The notes under the pieces were generated by a model, which ran no database searches, was not told the DNA's origin, and was given only the letters and a program-made list of their open reading frames with translations. From an uncultured Anaerolineaceae bacterium (lineage in GTDB: Bacteria; Chloroflexota; Anaerolineae; Anaerolineales; Anaerolineaceae): DNA of 64,000 bases. Position numbers and translations under genes: made by a program. The stretch lies in NCBI GenBank assembly GCA_964498605.1, contig CAZCHK010000003.1:13621-77620 (forward strand). The letters run 5' to 3'. Positions within the stretch are counted from its first letter, which is position 1; every line of letters begins with the position of its first letter. Of the stretch, positions 35,240 through 43,183 are shown piece after piece.

Positions 35240-35630
35240 CCGGCTGGAAAGCTCCCGGCAGCAATCCTTTTACATCCGTTTCCTGGGTAATGACACTCCG
35301 CGCATCGGCGATGATGACCTGAATATCCAGTCCAAACTCTGCTAACACCTGGCGGCACGAACCGCAGGGTGTCCCGCCATTTTCGGTCACCACGGCGATG
35401 GCAAGAAATTCCCGTTCACCCTCAGAAATTGCCTTGACGACCGCGCTTCGCTCGGCGCAGATTGTTTCCCCATAAGCGGCATTCTCCACATTCACCCCGG
35501 AATATGTGCGCCCGCTGGTTGCCAGCAGGGCCGCTCCCACCGGGTATTTCGAGTACGGAGCGTATGCCCAGCGCCGTGCGCAGGACGCCTCTTCGATGAG
35601 TTGCTTTTTAATCTCTTCGCTGATCTTCAT
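35214..35630 (-). CDS. cdd: Cytidine deaminase
   Basis: CAERSAV and PCGSCRQVL zinc-binding motifs. Confidence 0.88.
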   Translation of the reverse strand: MKISEEIKKQLIEEASCARRWAYAPYSKYPVGAALLATSGRTYSGVNVENAAYGETICAERSAVVKAISEGEREFLAIAVVTENGGTPCGSCRQVLAEFGLDIQVIIADARSVITQETDVKGLLPGAFQPGDLPDAKS

Positions 35631-36985
35631 GCCTGGCCATCCTTCTGCTCTCGTCTAATCTGATGCGCCGGAACCCCCACAACGGTCGTATCTGCCGGGA
35701 CATCCTCTTTGACCACGGCTCCCGCTCCGGTCTTGGCGCCTTTTCCTATCCTGATGGGCGCTACCAGCATCGTGTCACTTCCAATGAACACGTCATCTTC
35801 GATGATCGTCTTGTTCTTTTTTGCCCCATCATAATTGCATGTGATCGTCCCCGCTCCGATGTTGACATTCTCACCGATCTGGGCATCTCCAATGTACGAA
35901 AAATGTCCCATTTTGCTGTTCGCGCCCAAGGTGGATTCTTTCACCTCCCCAAAATTGCCCATGTGAACCCCCCTGCACAGTCGCGCGCCTTTGCGCAGAT
36001 GGGCGAATGGACCCATGCTGACATTGTCCTCCAGTACCGCCTGTTCAAGAACGGCAAATTGGATCCTGCAGCCGTTTCCAATCACGCAGTCCTCGATCAG
36101 CGCGTTTGGACCGATCTCGCAGTCCTCGCCAATTTGAGATCTGCCACGCAGGTAGCAGCCCGGATGGATGACCGAATCCTGACCGATGGTCACATCCGCG
36201 TCAATGAAAGTCTCCTGCTGTCTGACGATCTTCACTCCATCCAGCATCCACCGCAGGTTGATGCGCTGATAGATCACATTTTCAGCCTCAGCCAGGTGCG
36301 CGCGTGTGTTGATCCCGATGGCTTCAGTGATGTCTTCCGTTTGAATGGATTTGATCTGCTGTTGTTCCCGAACAGCGATCGCGATCAGGTCTGTCAGGTA
36401 GTACTCACCCTTGGGAGACAGCCCCACCTGCTGCAGCGCCTGCCACAGCCATGGAGCGCGAAAACAATACACGCCGGCGTTGAGTTCTTTGATTTTTAGC
36501 TGTTCGGCAGTGGCACTGGCTTCTTCGACAATCGCCTGGATCTCCCCGCCCGTACCGCGGATGATCCGCCCGAAACCGCGCGGGTCGTCCGCGAGCACGG
36601 TGAGCATGCTCAACACACCGGTGTTGGCCAGCTGCGTTTCGATCAACTTAAGGATCGTTTCTTCTTTCAGAAGAGGCATGTCCGCGTAAGTGACCAGGAT
36701 CAGCCCGTCATCTCCGCCTGCCTGCTCCTGAGCCTGCTGCACGGCGTGCGCCGTGCCAAGTTGCGGCTCCTGCTCGGCAATGTGTGCTCTTTCGCCGATG
36801 TATTCCCTGACCTCCTCTGCCGCGTGGCCAACCACGACGATCGGCTTTAACGAGGTGGCCGATGACGCCATGGCCAGCGCGTAATCCAGCATGGGTCTTC
36901 CAGCCAGGGCATGCAGCACTTTGGGTTTTTTTGATTTCATGCGGGTTCCCTGCCCGGCTGCCAGTATGATCGCTCTAGTTTTCAT
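35627..36985 (-). CDS. glmU: Bifunctional UDP-GlcNAc pyrophosphorylase / GlcN-1-P N-acetyltransferase
   Basis: MKTRAIILAAGQGTRMKS and C-terminal left-handed beta-helix hexapeptide repeats. Alternative start at 37000. Confidence 0.9.
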   Translation of the reverse strand: MKTRAIILAAGQGTRMKSKKPKVLHALAGRPMLDYALAMASSATSLKPIVVVGHAAEEVREYIGERAHIAEQEPQLGTAHAVQQAQEQAGGDDGLILVTYADMPLLKEETILKLIETQLANTGVLSMLTVLADDPRGFGRIIRGTGGEIQAIVEEASATAEQLKIKELNAGVYCFRAPWLWQALQQVGLSPKGEYYLTDLIAIAVREQQQIKSIQTEDITEAIGINTRAHLAEAENVIYQRINLRWMLDGVKIVRQQETFIDADVTIGQDSVIHPGCYLRGRSQIGEDCEIGPNALIEDCVIGNGCRIQFAVLEQAVLEDNVSMGPFAHLRKGARLCRGVHMGNFGEVKESTLGANSKMGHFSYIGDAQIGENVNIGAGTITCNYDGAKKNKTIIEDDVFIGSDTMLVAPIRIGKGAKTGAGAVVKEDVPADTTVVGVPAHQIRREQKDGQA

Positions 36986-37096
36986 AGTCGCTCTTTCCAT
37001 GCCAGCGTTGATACAAAACGAGCCTTATGCCTCCAACCGGTGCAAAAGCTCGCTTATTGAAAAATCAATGATGCGTTCATTGATCTGATATTCAGG

Positions 37097-37167
37097 CTGG
37101 GGCGCTCGGACTCGAACCAAGATCCACAGATCCAAAGTCTGGTGTGCTGCCATTGCACTACGCCCCA
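37097..37167 (-). tRNA. tRNA-Gln (anticodon UUG)
   Basis: The minus strand reads TGGGGCG-TA-GTGC-AATGGCA-GCAC-A-CCAGA-CTTTGGA-TCTGT-GGAT-CTTGG-TTCGAGT-CCGAG-CGCCCCA-G. The cloverleaf folds with a U1-A72 pair. CCA is not encoded. Confidence 0.85.
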
Positions 37168-37229
37168 ACGGCTTGAGGATGTTTCAAGGCAACAATTTTA
37201 ACACACAATTCCATGCCTGAAAACCAGAC

Positions 37230-38237
37230 CTATTTCTTCTTGGATTTCTCGTCTTTGTTCATCAACCCCATCTTTTCAGCATCATCAAAAGTGAGGCCCT
37301 CGATGCTCACGGTGCCATCTTCATTTCCGGTCTCCCAGAAGCGTTCCAGCTCTTCCCCTTTAATTTTTACTTCGGTCTGCTGCAGCTTGGTATCAAATTC
37401 ATCAAAAGGGGGAGTTGAGGGCGGAGAAGCGTTTGCGGCAGTAGCGCGGATGGTTTTCCCGCTGATGGCTTTGATCAGGTCTCGCTGCGCGTCGATGACC
37501 ACGCCGAGGCTCATCAACAGGTGGTTGTGACCCTGTTCCGGTTTCAACACAGCGATGAGTGCGTTCTCATCCAGTGTCATGAACACCAGCTGGAAAGAGG
37601 CACCCATGAAGGCGTGCACGCCGTCGCCGATAGGCGTGGAAAACAGGTTGATCATTTTCACGTCTGTGGCGAGCATGGAAAGTATCACCGGTATCCATTT
37701 ACCCTCAAAATTTTTCTCGGGGAACTCGCCTGCCAGCGCCAGGATCGTTCCCTGTTTGTCCGCCAAACACACGGCCAGCGCGTTCAGGTTGCTCTTCATT
37801 TCGCGCAGCGCCGGGAGCAGATCCGTCCCGGTGGTGGGCAGGTCTTCTTCAGGCAGCGCGCCGGTGCCGATGTTGAGAAAACGCTTGGCGGTGGAAAGAA
37901 AAGCGTCAATTTCCATCGGTTTGCTCAGCACGGCTTCGTTGGCCTTTAATCCTGCCTGACGCAGCACGGCGCTGTCGGCTTTCGACGCGATTAGAATCAC
38001 CTTCAGATGAGGCTGGGTTTTCATGACGCGTCCAGCCAGCTCTCTTCCGGTCATGTTCCCCAGGCGGTGATCGGTGATCAGCAAATCAGCGCCTCCAGTC
38101 TCTGCTTCCTTTAAGGCCTCCTCCACGTTGGGGACAACAGAAACAACCAGGTCTTTGTCCAGCGTGTTCAAAGTTGCCTTGAGCAGGCGCCCCACCTCCT
38201 GGGTATCTTCCACAATGATGATGTTTTTATTCGCCAT
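37230..38237 (-). CDS. Response regulator: receiver domain + Roadblock/LC7-like domain + acidic/Lys-rich tail
   Basis: REC motifs IIIVED, LLITDHRL and SKP. The middle region LNALAVCLADKQGTILALAG...VHAFMGASFQLVFMTLDENALIAVL parallels the stand-alone Roadblock protein at 4075-4455. Confidence 0.75.
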   Translation of the reverse strand: MANKNIIIVEDTQEVGRLLKATLNTLDKDLVVSVVPNVEEALKEAETGGADLLITDHRLGNMTGRELAGRVMKTQPHLKVILIASKADSAVLRQAGLKANEAVLSKPMEIDAFLSTAKRFLNIGTGALPEEDLPTTGTDLLPALREMKSNLNALAVCLADKQGTILALAGEFPEKNFEGKWIPVILSMLATDVKMINLFSTPIGDGVHAFMGASFQLVFMTLDENALIAVLKPEQGHNHLLMSLGVVIDAQRDLIKAISGKTIRATAANASPPSTPPFDEFDTKLQQTEVKIKGEELERFWETGNEDGTVSIEGLTFDDAEKMGLMNKDEKSKKK

Positions 38238-38294
38238 GGCTCTATTATAGTAAAAAAACTGGATTTTGAGGTTATCGCCATCCAGTTCTTGTGA

Positions 38295-38585
38295 TTACTT
38301 GTTTCTTGTCTTCTTTTTTTCCATCTCGAGATCGTTCACTTCTTCCTTGCCCAGCTTCTTCCACTGCTGCTTGGCGCGTTCACGTCCCACGTAAAAACCC
38401 ACTCCGGCATAACCCAGGAGCATACCACCCACGTGCACCATATACAGCAATATCCACAGAAAAATGCTGTCAATATGAATGACCTTGACAATATCCAGCA
38501 TCGCCAGTACGGGCATGATGACGACCATGACCCCGCCCACAACGAACATGGTAACCGGATTGAGATCTCGAAAGGACCTGTTCAT
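38295..38585 (-). CDS. Small two-TM membrane protein with Lys/Glu-rich tail (hypothetical)
   Basis: The ATG at 38585 overlaps the ABC ATPase stop (ATGA). Two hydrophobic helices. Confidence 0.45.
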   Translation of the reverse strand: MNRSFRDLNPVTMFVVGGVMVVIMPVLAMLDIVKVIHIDSIFLWILLYMVHVGGMLLGYAGVGFYVGRERAKQQWKKLGKEEVNDLEMEKKKTRNK

Positions 38586-39631
38586 TTTTTGAATAACCAA
38601 CAGGCAACATTGTGCTCCGGACCAACTTCAAAGTCCGGTGGAACCTGCTGGTCGCACAACCCTTTGATGACATGCGAGCAGCGGGGATGGAAGCGGCAAC
38701 CCTTGGGCGGAACGATCAGGCTGGGCGGCTCGCCCGGCGGAACGTCCTTGTATGTTTTTGAGTTCTTAGCATCCGGTTCAGAGGTTCCGGTAAGCAGGGC
38801 CAGTGTGTACGGATGTCCCGGGTGATTCAACAGGTCGTCCGTCTTGGCCTTCTCGACCAGGTTGCCAGCATACATGACGAAAATGCGCCGCGAGAAATAG
38901 CGCACCGTCGACAGGTCGTGGGTAATGTAGATAACCGCCAGGTGCTTCTCTTCCTGCAAACCGCGCAGCAGCTTGAGAATCTCAACACGTACCGAGGCGT
39001 CCAGCATGGAGACAGGTTCGTCCGCGACGATCAGCTTCGGATCCAGGATCATGGATCGCGCGATAACGATTCGCTGCTGCTGGCCGCCGCTGAGCATGTG
39101 CGGGTACTTGTGCAGGTAATCGGAAACCGGCGACATTTTGACTTCCTTCAGCCCTGCTTCGATCTTTCTGACCTTCTGTTCATAGCTCAAGCCCGGTGTG
39201 TTGATCTCCATCGGCTCTTCCATGATCTTCTCAACAGTCATGAACGGCGCCATGGCACCATACGGGTCCTGCTGAATGTACCCCACCTTGGCCCGGTACC
39301 ACTTGAGCTCCTGCCGTTTCATGTGTGAGATATCCACACCCTCAAACGTGACATTGCCACTGCGGGGTCGGTTGATGCCCAGGATGGTCTTCATGAGGCT
39401 GGTTTTGCCGCAGCCACTCTCGCCAACGACCGCGATGGCTTCTCCGTGATGCAGGTCGAACGTCACGCCGTCTACGGCGTGCACGAAACCAGCGTGTCCG
39501 AAGCCGAACTTCCGCAGCTCAAACCATACCCGCAGATCCTTGATGGAGAGGAGTATGTCGCCCTTGTCCTTTTCGTGGTCATAACGACCTTCGGCAGCGA
39601 TAGTTGTTTTTAAGTTTTGGTTGTTTGCCAT
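38582..39631 (-). CDS. Oligopeptide/dipeptide ABC transporter ATP-binding protein (OppF/DppF-like)
   Basis: Walker A GESGCGKTS, signature LSGGQQQR, Walker B IVADEP, and a C-terminal oligo_HPY-type CRFHPRC motif. Confidence 0.88.
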   Translation of the reverse strand: MANNQNLKTTIAAEGRYDHEKDKGDILLSIKDLRVWFELRKFGFGHAGFVHAVDGVTFDLHHGEAIAVVGESGCGKTSLMKTILGINRPRSGNVTFEGVDISHMKRQELKWYRAKVGYIQQDPYGAMAPFMTVEKIMEEPMEINTPGLSYEQKVRKIEAGLKEVKMSPVSDYLHKYPHMLSGGQQQRIVIARSMILDPKLIVADEPVSMLDASVRVEILKLLRGLQEEKHLAVIYITHDLSTVRYFSRRIFVMYAGNLVEKAKTDDLLNHPGHPYTLALLTGTSEPDAKNSKTYKDVPPGEPPSLIVPPKGCRFHPRCSHVIKGLCDQQVPPDFEVGPEHNVACWLFKK

Positions 39632-39645
39632 GTTTTTCTCCTGCC

Positions 39646-40602
39646 TCAGTCGTATAACCAGCACTTCACCAGCCGGTTGTCTTTTTCGTACACCGGTGGT
39701 TCTTCATCGCATTTTTTGAATCTCGCGGGGCAGCGGTCCTTGAAGCGGCACCCAGTCGGCAGGTCCAGCAGGCTGGGCGGCTGCCCGGTGATGTACTCGG
39801 GTTCTTTATCGCCTCTCAAGCGGGGTACACTGTTCATCAACTTTTCGGAATACGGGTGCAGCGGCTTCTTGAAGAACCTATCCGCGTCACTGACCTCCAC
39901 GATCTGCCCGGCGTACATGACTGCCACCTTGTCCGCGAGCTCACTGGACGTGGCGATGTCGTGCGTGATCAGGATGTAGCTGGTCTCCATCTCGTGCTTG
40001 ATGCGTTTCAAAACGTTGAAGATATTTGCCTGCGTGAGCACGTCCAGGGCTGAGGTGGGTTCGTCCAGGATGATCAGGTCCGGGGTGGTCACCAGTGCCA
40101 TGGCGATCGCGCAGCGCTGGCGCATGCCGCCGCTCAGCTCGAATGCATAGCGGTTGATGAACCCTTCCGGCACGCCCACCAGCTGGAACATCTTTTTAGC
40201 GCGGGCGATGGCTTCTTCCTTCTTGGCGCCGGAATGCACGACCAGCGGCTCGGACACCTGCTCCCCGACCTTGAGGACCGGGTTGAGCGAGTTCATGGCC
40301 GCCTGTGGAACCAGCGACATCTGCACCCAGCGTACATTGGTGCGGAATTCCTCTTCTTTATACGCCATAACGTCCACGTCGTTGAGGTACACCCGGCCCG
40401 AGTATTTTTCGACATTCCTCGGCAACAGGCGCAGGATGGCTTTGGCCAGTGATGTCTTGCCGCAGCCTGATTCGCCAAGGACCACGACAGCTTCGTTGTA
40501 GCCCAGATTGAAATTCACGCCGTCAACGGCTTGAACCGGTCCACGCTGGGTTTTAAAATGCAGCGTCAGGTCTTCAATGCGTAGTAGGTTGTGTTTTGCC
40601 AT
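39646..40602 (-). CDS. Oligopeptide/dipeptide ABC transporter ATP-binding protein (OppD/DppD-like)
   Basis: GESGCGKTS, LSGGMRQR, ILDEPTSALD and a C-terminal CRFKDRC motif. Confidence 0.88.
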   Translation of the reverse strand: MAKHNLLRIEDLTLHFKTQRGPVQAVDGVNFNLGYNEAVVVLGESGCGKTSLAKAILRLLPRNVEKYSGRVYLNDVDVMAYKEEEFRTNVRWVQMSLVPQAAMNSLNPVLKVGEQVSEPLVVHSGAKKEEAIARAKKMFQLVGVPEGFINRYAFELSGGMRQRCAIAMALVTTPDLIILDEPTSALDVLTQANIFNVLKRIKHEMETSYILITHDIATSSELADKVAVMYAGQIVEVSDADRFFKKPLHPYSEKLMNSVPRLRGDKEPEYITGQPPSLLDLPTGCRFKDRCPARFKKCDEEPPVYEKDNRLVKCWLYD

Positions 40603-40604
40603 GA

Positions 40605-41951
40605 TTATTGACCTCTCAAGCGTGGATTAAAGACCCGGTCAAGGGCAAAGCCCACCATGGCGAACGCCAGGCCTGTGATCATGAGCAATGCCGAAGGTTG
40701 AAGGATCCAGTAGTACCAGCCCTGGAACAGGGCGCCGTTTTTTCGCGCCTCATCCACAATCTTGCCCCAGGTGGGAACGGAAGGATCGCCCAGCCCCAGG
40801 ATCGCCAGGGATGATTCCAGGAACACGTAGTTGGGAATGAGGATGACAAACCCGGGGATCAGCATGGGAATGATACGCGGGATCATGTAGCGGAAGATGA
40901 TGCGGATATTGCTGGCACCGTATGCTTTGGCAGCTTCGATATAAGGGGATTCTTTCACCTGCATGAATACCGCCCGGAAGGTCTTGATCCCCGCCCCGAA
41001 GATGCTCAAGGCTACCACCGAGAGGAGGATGACCCAGATGCTGCGCGAGTAGAACGTCCCGATCATGATCAACACAGGCAGGAAGGGAATCAGCATGTTG
41101 ACTTCGGTGATGCGCTGAATGAGCTGATCGACCCAGCCGCCGAACCAGGAGCTGAAGGCCGCGATGAAAAGCTGAGAAACAGAGGTACCCACAGCCGCAA
41201 TGAATCCGAAGGCCAGGGCGATGGGAGCTCCCCACAGCAAAGCGATGCCGAGGTCCCTGCGGATGTCATCGGTGCCTGCCCAACCGGAAACCCGGCCGTA
41301 GATGATCAATTCCGCGTCCACGTTGACATCCGGCTCGAAGGTCATCGCCTCGATGATCATCTTGTACGAACCTTTCAGCACAGCTGTATTCTCAGGATCA
41401 AGATTGCTAAGCAATCCCGCGTGCGGGATGATGTCCTTCAATTTTTTCGCCCGCAGTTCAGTGTCCTGCGAAATGCGGTACGATTTTGTGTTGTTGATCG
41501 CGCCGGTCTTCAAGCGAATGGTGTCCCCGTCCGGGCGCTCCAAAACAGCTGAGTAGAAGGGGTATTTTTCTATGAAATTGGTGTCAAAGAAGATGGACAT
41601 CTCGCTTGGAAACGTGTCGTAATTGTATTCAAACGGCAGCGTGATCTTGTAATAGTATGTCCCATCAGAATTCTGGCTGACTTCTTTGTATTCAGGATTC
41701 AGCCGGGAATCGACGATGATCGTCTCGGGTAGTTTTTTCTCACGGAAGATGTTCGTCCACGCCGGACGGGCGTACTGCGGGTACTGGTACCAGTTGTTGG
41801 TGCCGCTGCGCCACTTCTCGATGGCGGTGTTGTACGGTATGGCGATGATGGTGATGATGCTCATGGTAATGAGCAGCATGACAAGGATAAAGCCGACCAC
41901 CGCGGATGGGTAGCGCAGCAGTTCTTTGATGCTTCTGAAAAGATTTCTCAT
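40605..41951 (-). CDS. ABC transporter permease (OppC/DppC-like) with a large extracytoplasmic insert
   Basis: BPD_transp_1 core with EAAKAYGASN. About 200-aa loop after TM1. Confidence 0.85.
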   Translation of the reverse strand: MRNLFRSIKELLRYPSAVVGFILVMLLITMSIITIIAIPYNTAIEKWRSGTNNWYQYPQYARPAWTNIFREKKLPETIIVDSRLNPEYKEVSQNSDGTYYYKITLPFEYNYDTFPSEMSIFFDTNFIEKYPFYSAVLERPDGDTIRLKTGAINNTKSYRISQDTELRAKKLKDIIPHAGLLSNLDPENTAVLKGSYKMIIEAMTFEPDVNVDAELIIYGRVSGWAGTDDIRRDLGIALLWGAPIALAFGFIAAVGTSVSQLFIAAFSSWFGGWVDQLIQRITEVNMLIPFLPVLIMIGTFYSRSIWVILLSVVALSIFGAGIKTFRAVFMQVKESPYIEAAKAYGASNIRIIFRYMIPRIIPMLIPGFVILIPNYVFLESSLAILGLGDPSVPTWGKIVDEARKNGALFQGWYYWILQPSALLMITGLAFAMVGFALDRVFNPRLRGQ

Positions 41952-43099
41952 GCCTTGCTCCCTTCTCCGCCGATCTTGACGCGCGGGTCAACCAGGGCGT
42001 ACACGAAATCCAGCGCCAGAACGGTCACCGCGAGCAGATAGGCGTATATCACCGTCTCACCGATGATGACCGGGGTGTCCACCGCAGATATGGCGCGGTA
42101 CAGGGTCGTTCCCAGTCCTGGCCAGCTGAAGATGGTTTCCAGAATGGTCGCGCCGGTCCAGGCCCCGATCATCAGCAGCGCAAACCCGGTGATGATGGTG
42201 GGTAGCGTGGGGCGCAGAACGTAGCGCCGCTCAATCGTGCGGTCGCTGAGCCCTTTGGCTTTGGCCATGTCCACATAATCCTCGCTGGAGTAGATCAGGA
42301 AGAAAGTACGCCAGTTGTAGATCGATATGAAGATGCCCGATAATGTCAGCGCGCTGACAGGCAGAATCATGTGCTTGAGCAGGCTGAGGATGTAAGCCGG
42401 AACCGTGTCCGGGACGGGAGCATCCATCATGCCGCCGAACGGCAAGATGCGCAGCCAGGAAGCGAAGATGAGAATGAGGAAAAGCCCGAAGAACCAGCCG
42501 GGGGCAGCTGAAAGCGGTGTGAGACCGATGAGGATCTTGTCCCAGATCGATCCGTATTTTCGTGAGAGGGCCAGCGCCATGAATAACGCGCTGAAGAACA
42601 GCAGCAGATCGGCTGTGCCCATCAAAACAAGCGTGGGTGGCAAACGCTCCAAAAGGATCAGGCGCACCTGGTTGGAGCCGCTGTTGCTGGTGAGCTGCTG
42701 CGCTCTGCCGAGATCCAGGGTGAGCGCGTTTTTTAGATACACAAAACTGCGGATGACAAAAGGCGTGTCCATACCGTAGCGCTTGATGGCGCTGTCCAGT
42801 CTATCCTGGATGATCGCCTGGCGCTCCTCGGTGGTGAGGGCTTTGTACTGCGGATCCCGTCCGATAGCCTGGGAAATATCTTCCCTGAGCTGCGCGGTGC
42901 GGATCTTATCCACATAGCCGCCCATGTTGGCAATGATGATCGTCAGGTACAAGCCAATGGCGACGGTGATCGCCAGCGTAATGAGCCTGACACCCATGTA
43001 CTTGATGACCCGCACAAACGTGCTTGTGCTGGGTTTACTCTGTGCTTCTTCTATCTGTAGACCAGCATCTTTTGGCAAGGGGGTGGTTTGGGTTGCCAT
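41948..43099 (-). CDS. ABC transporter permease (OppB/DppB-like)
   Basis: Six TM helices, DYVDMAKAKGLS EAA-loop, 4-nt overlap with the next gene. Confidence 0.85.
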   Translation of the reverse strand: MATQTTPLPKDAGLQIEEAQSKPSTSTFVRVIKYMGVRLITLAITVAIGLYLTIIIANMGGYVDKIRTAQLREDISQAIGRDPQYKALTTEERQAIIQDRLDSAIKRYGMDTPFVIRSFVYLKNALTLDLGRAQQLTSNSGSNQVRLILLERLPPTLVLMGTADLLLFFSALFMALALSRKYGSIWDKILIGLTPLSAAPGWFFGLFLILIFASWLRILPFGGMMDAPVPDTVPAYILSLLKHMILPVSALTLSGIFISIYNWRTFFLIYSSEDYVDMAKAKGLSDRTIERRYVLRPTLPTIITGFALLMIGAWTGATILETIFSWPGLGTTLYRAISAVDTPVIIGETVIYAYLLAVTVLALDFVYALVDPRVKIGGEGSKA

Positions 43100-43183
43100 C
43101 GCTTTGGTCTCACTTTCTATAAAAAATGAACCCGATAGGAGCAGGTGCCCCCACCCCTATCGGGTCAGTCTTACTCTGTGTTA

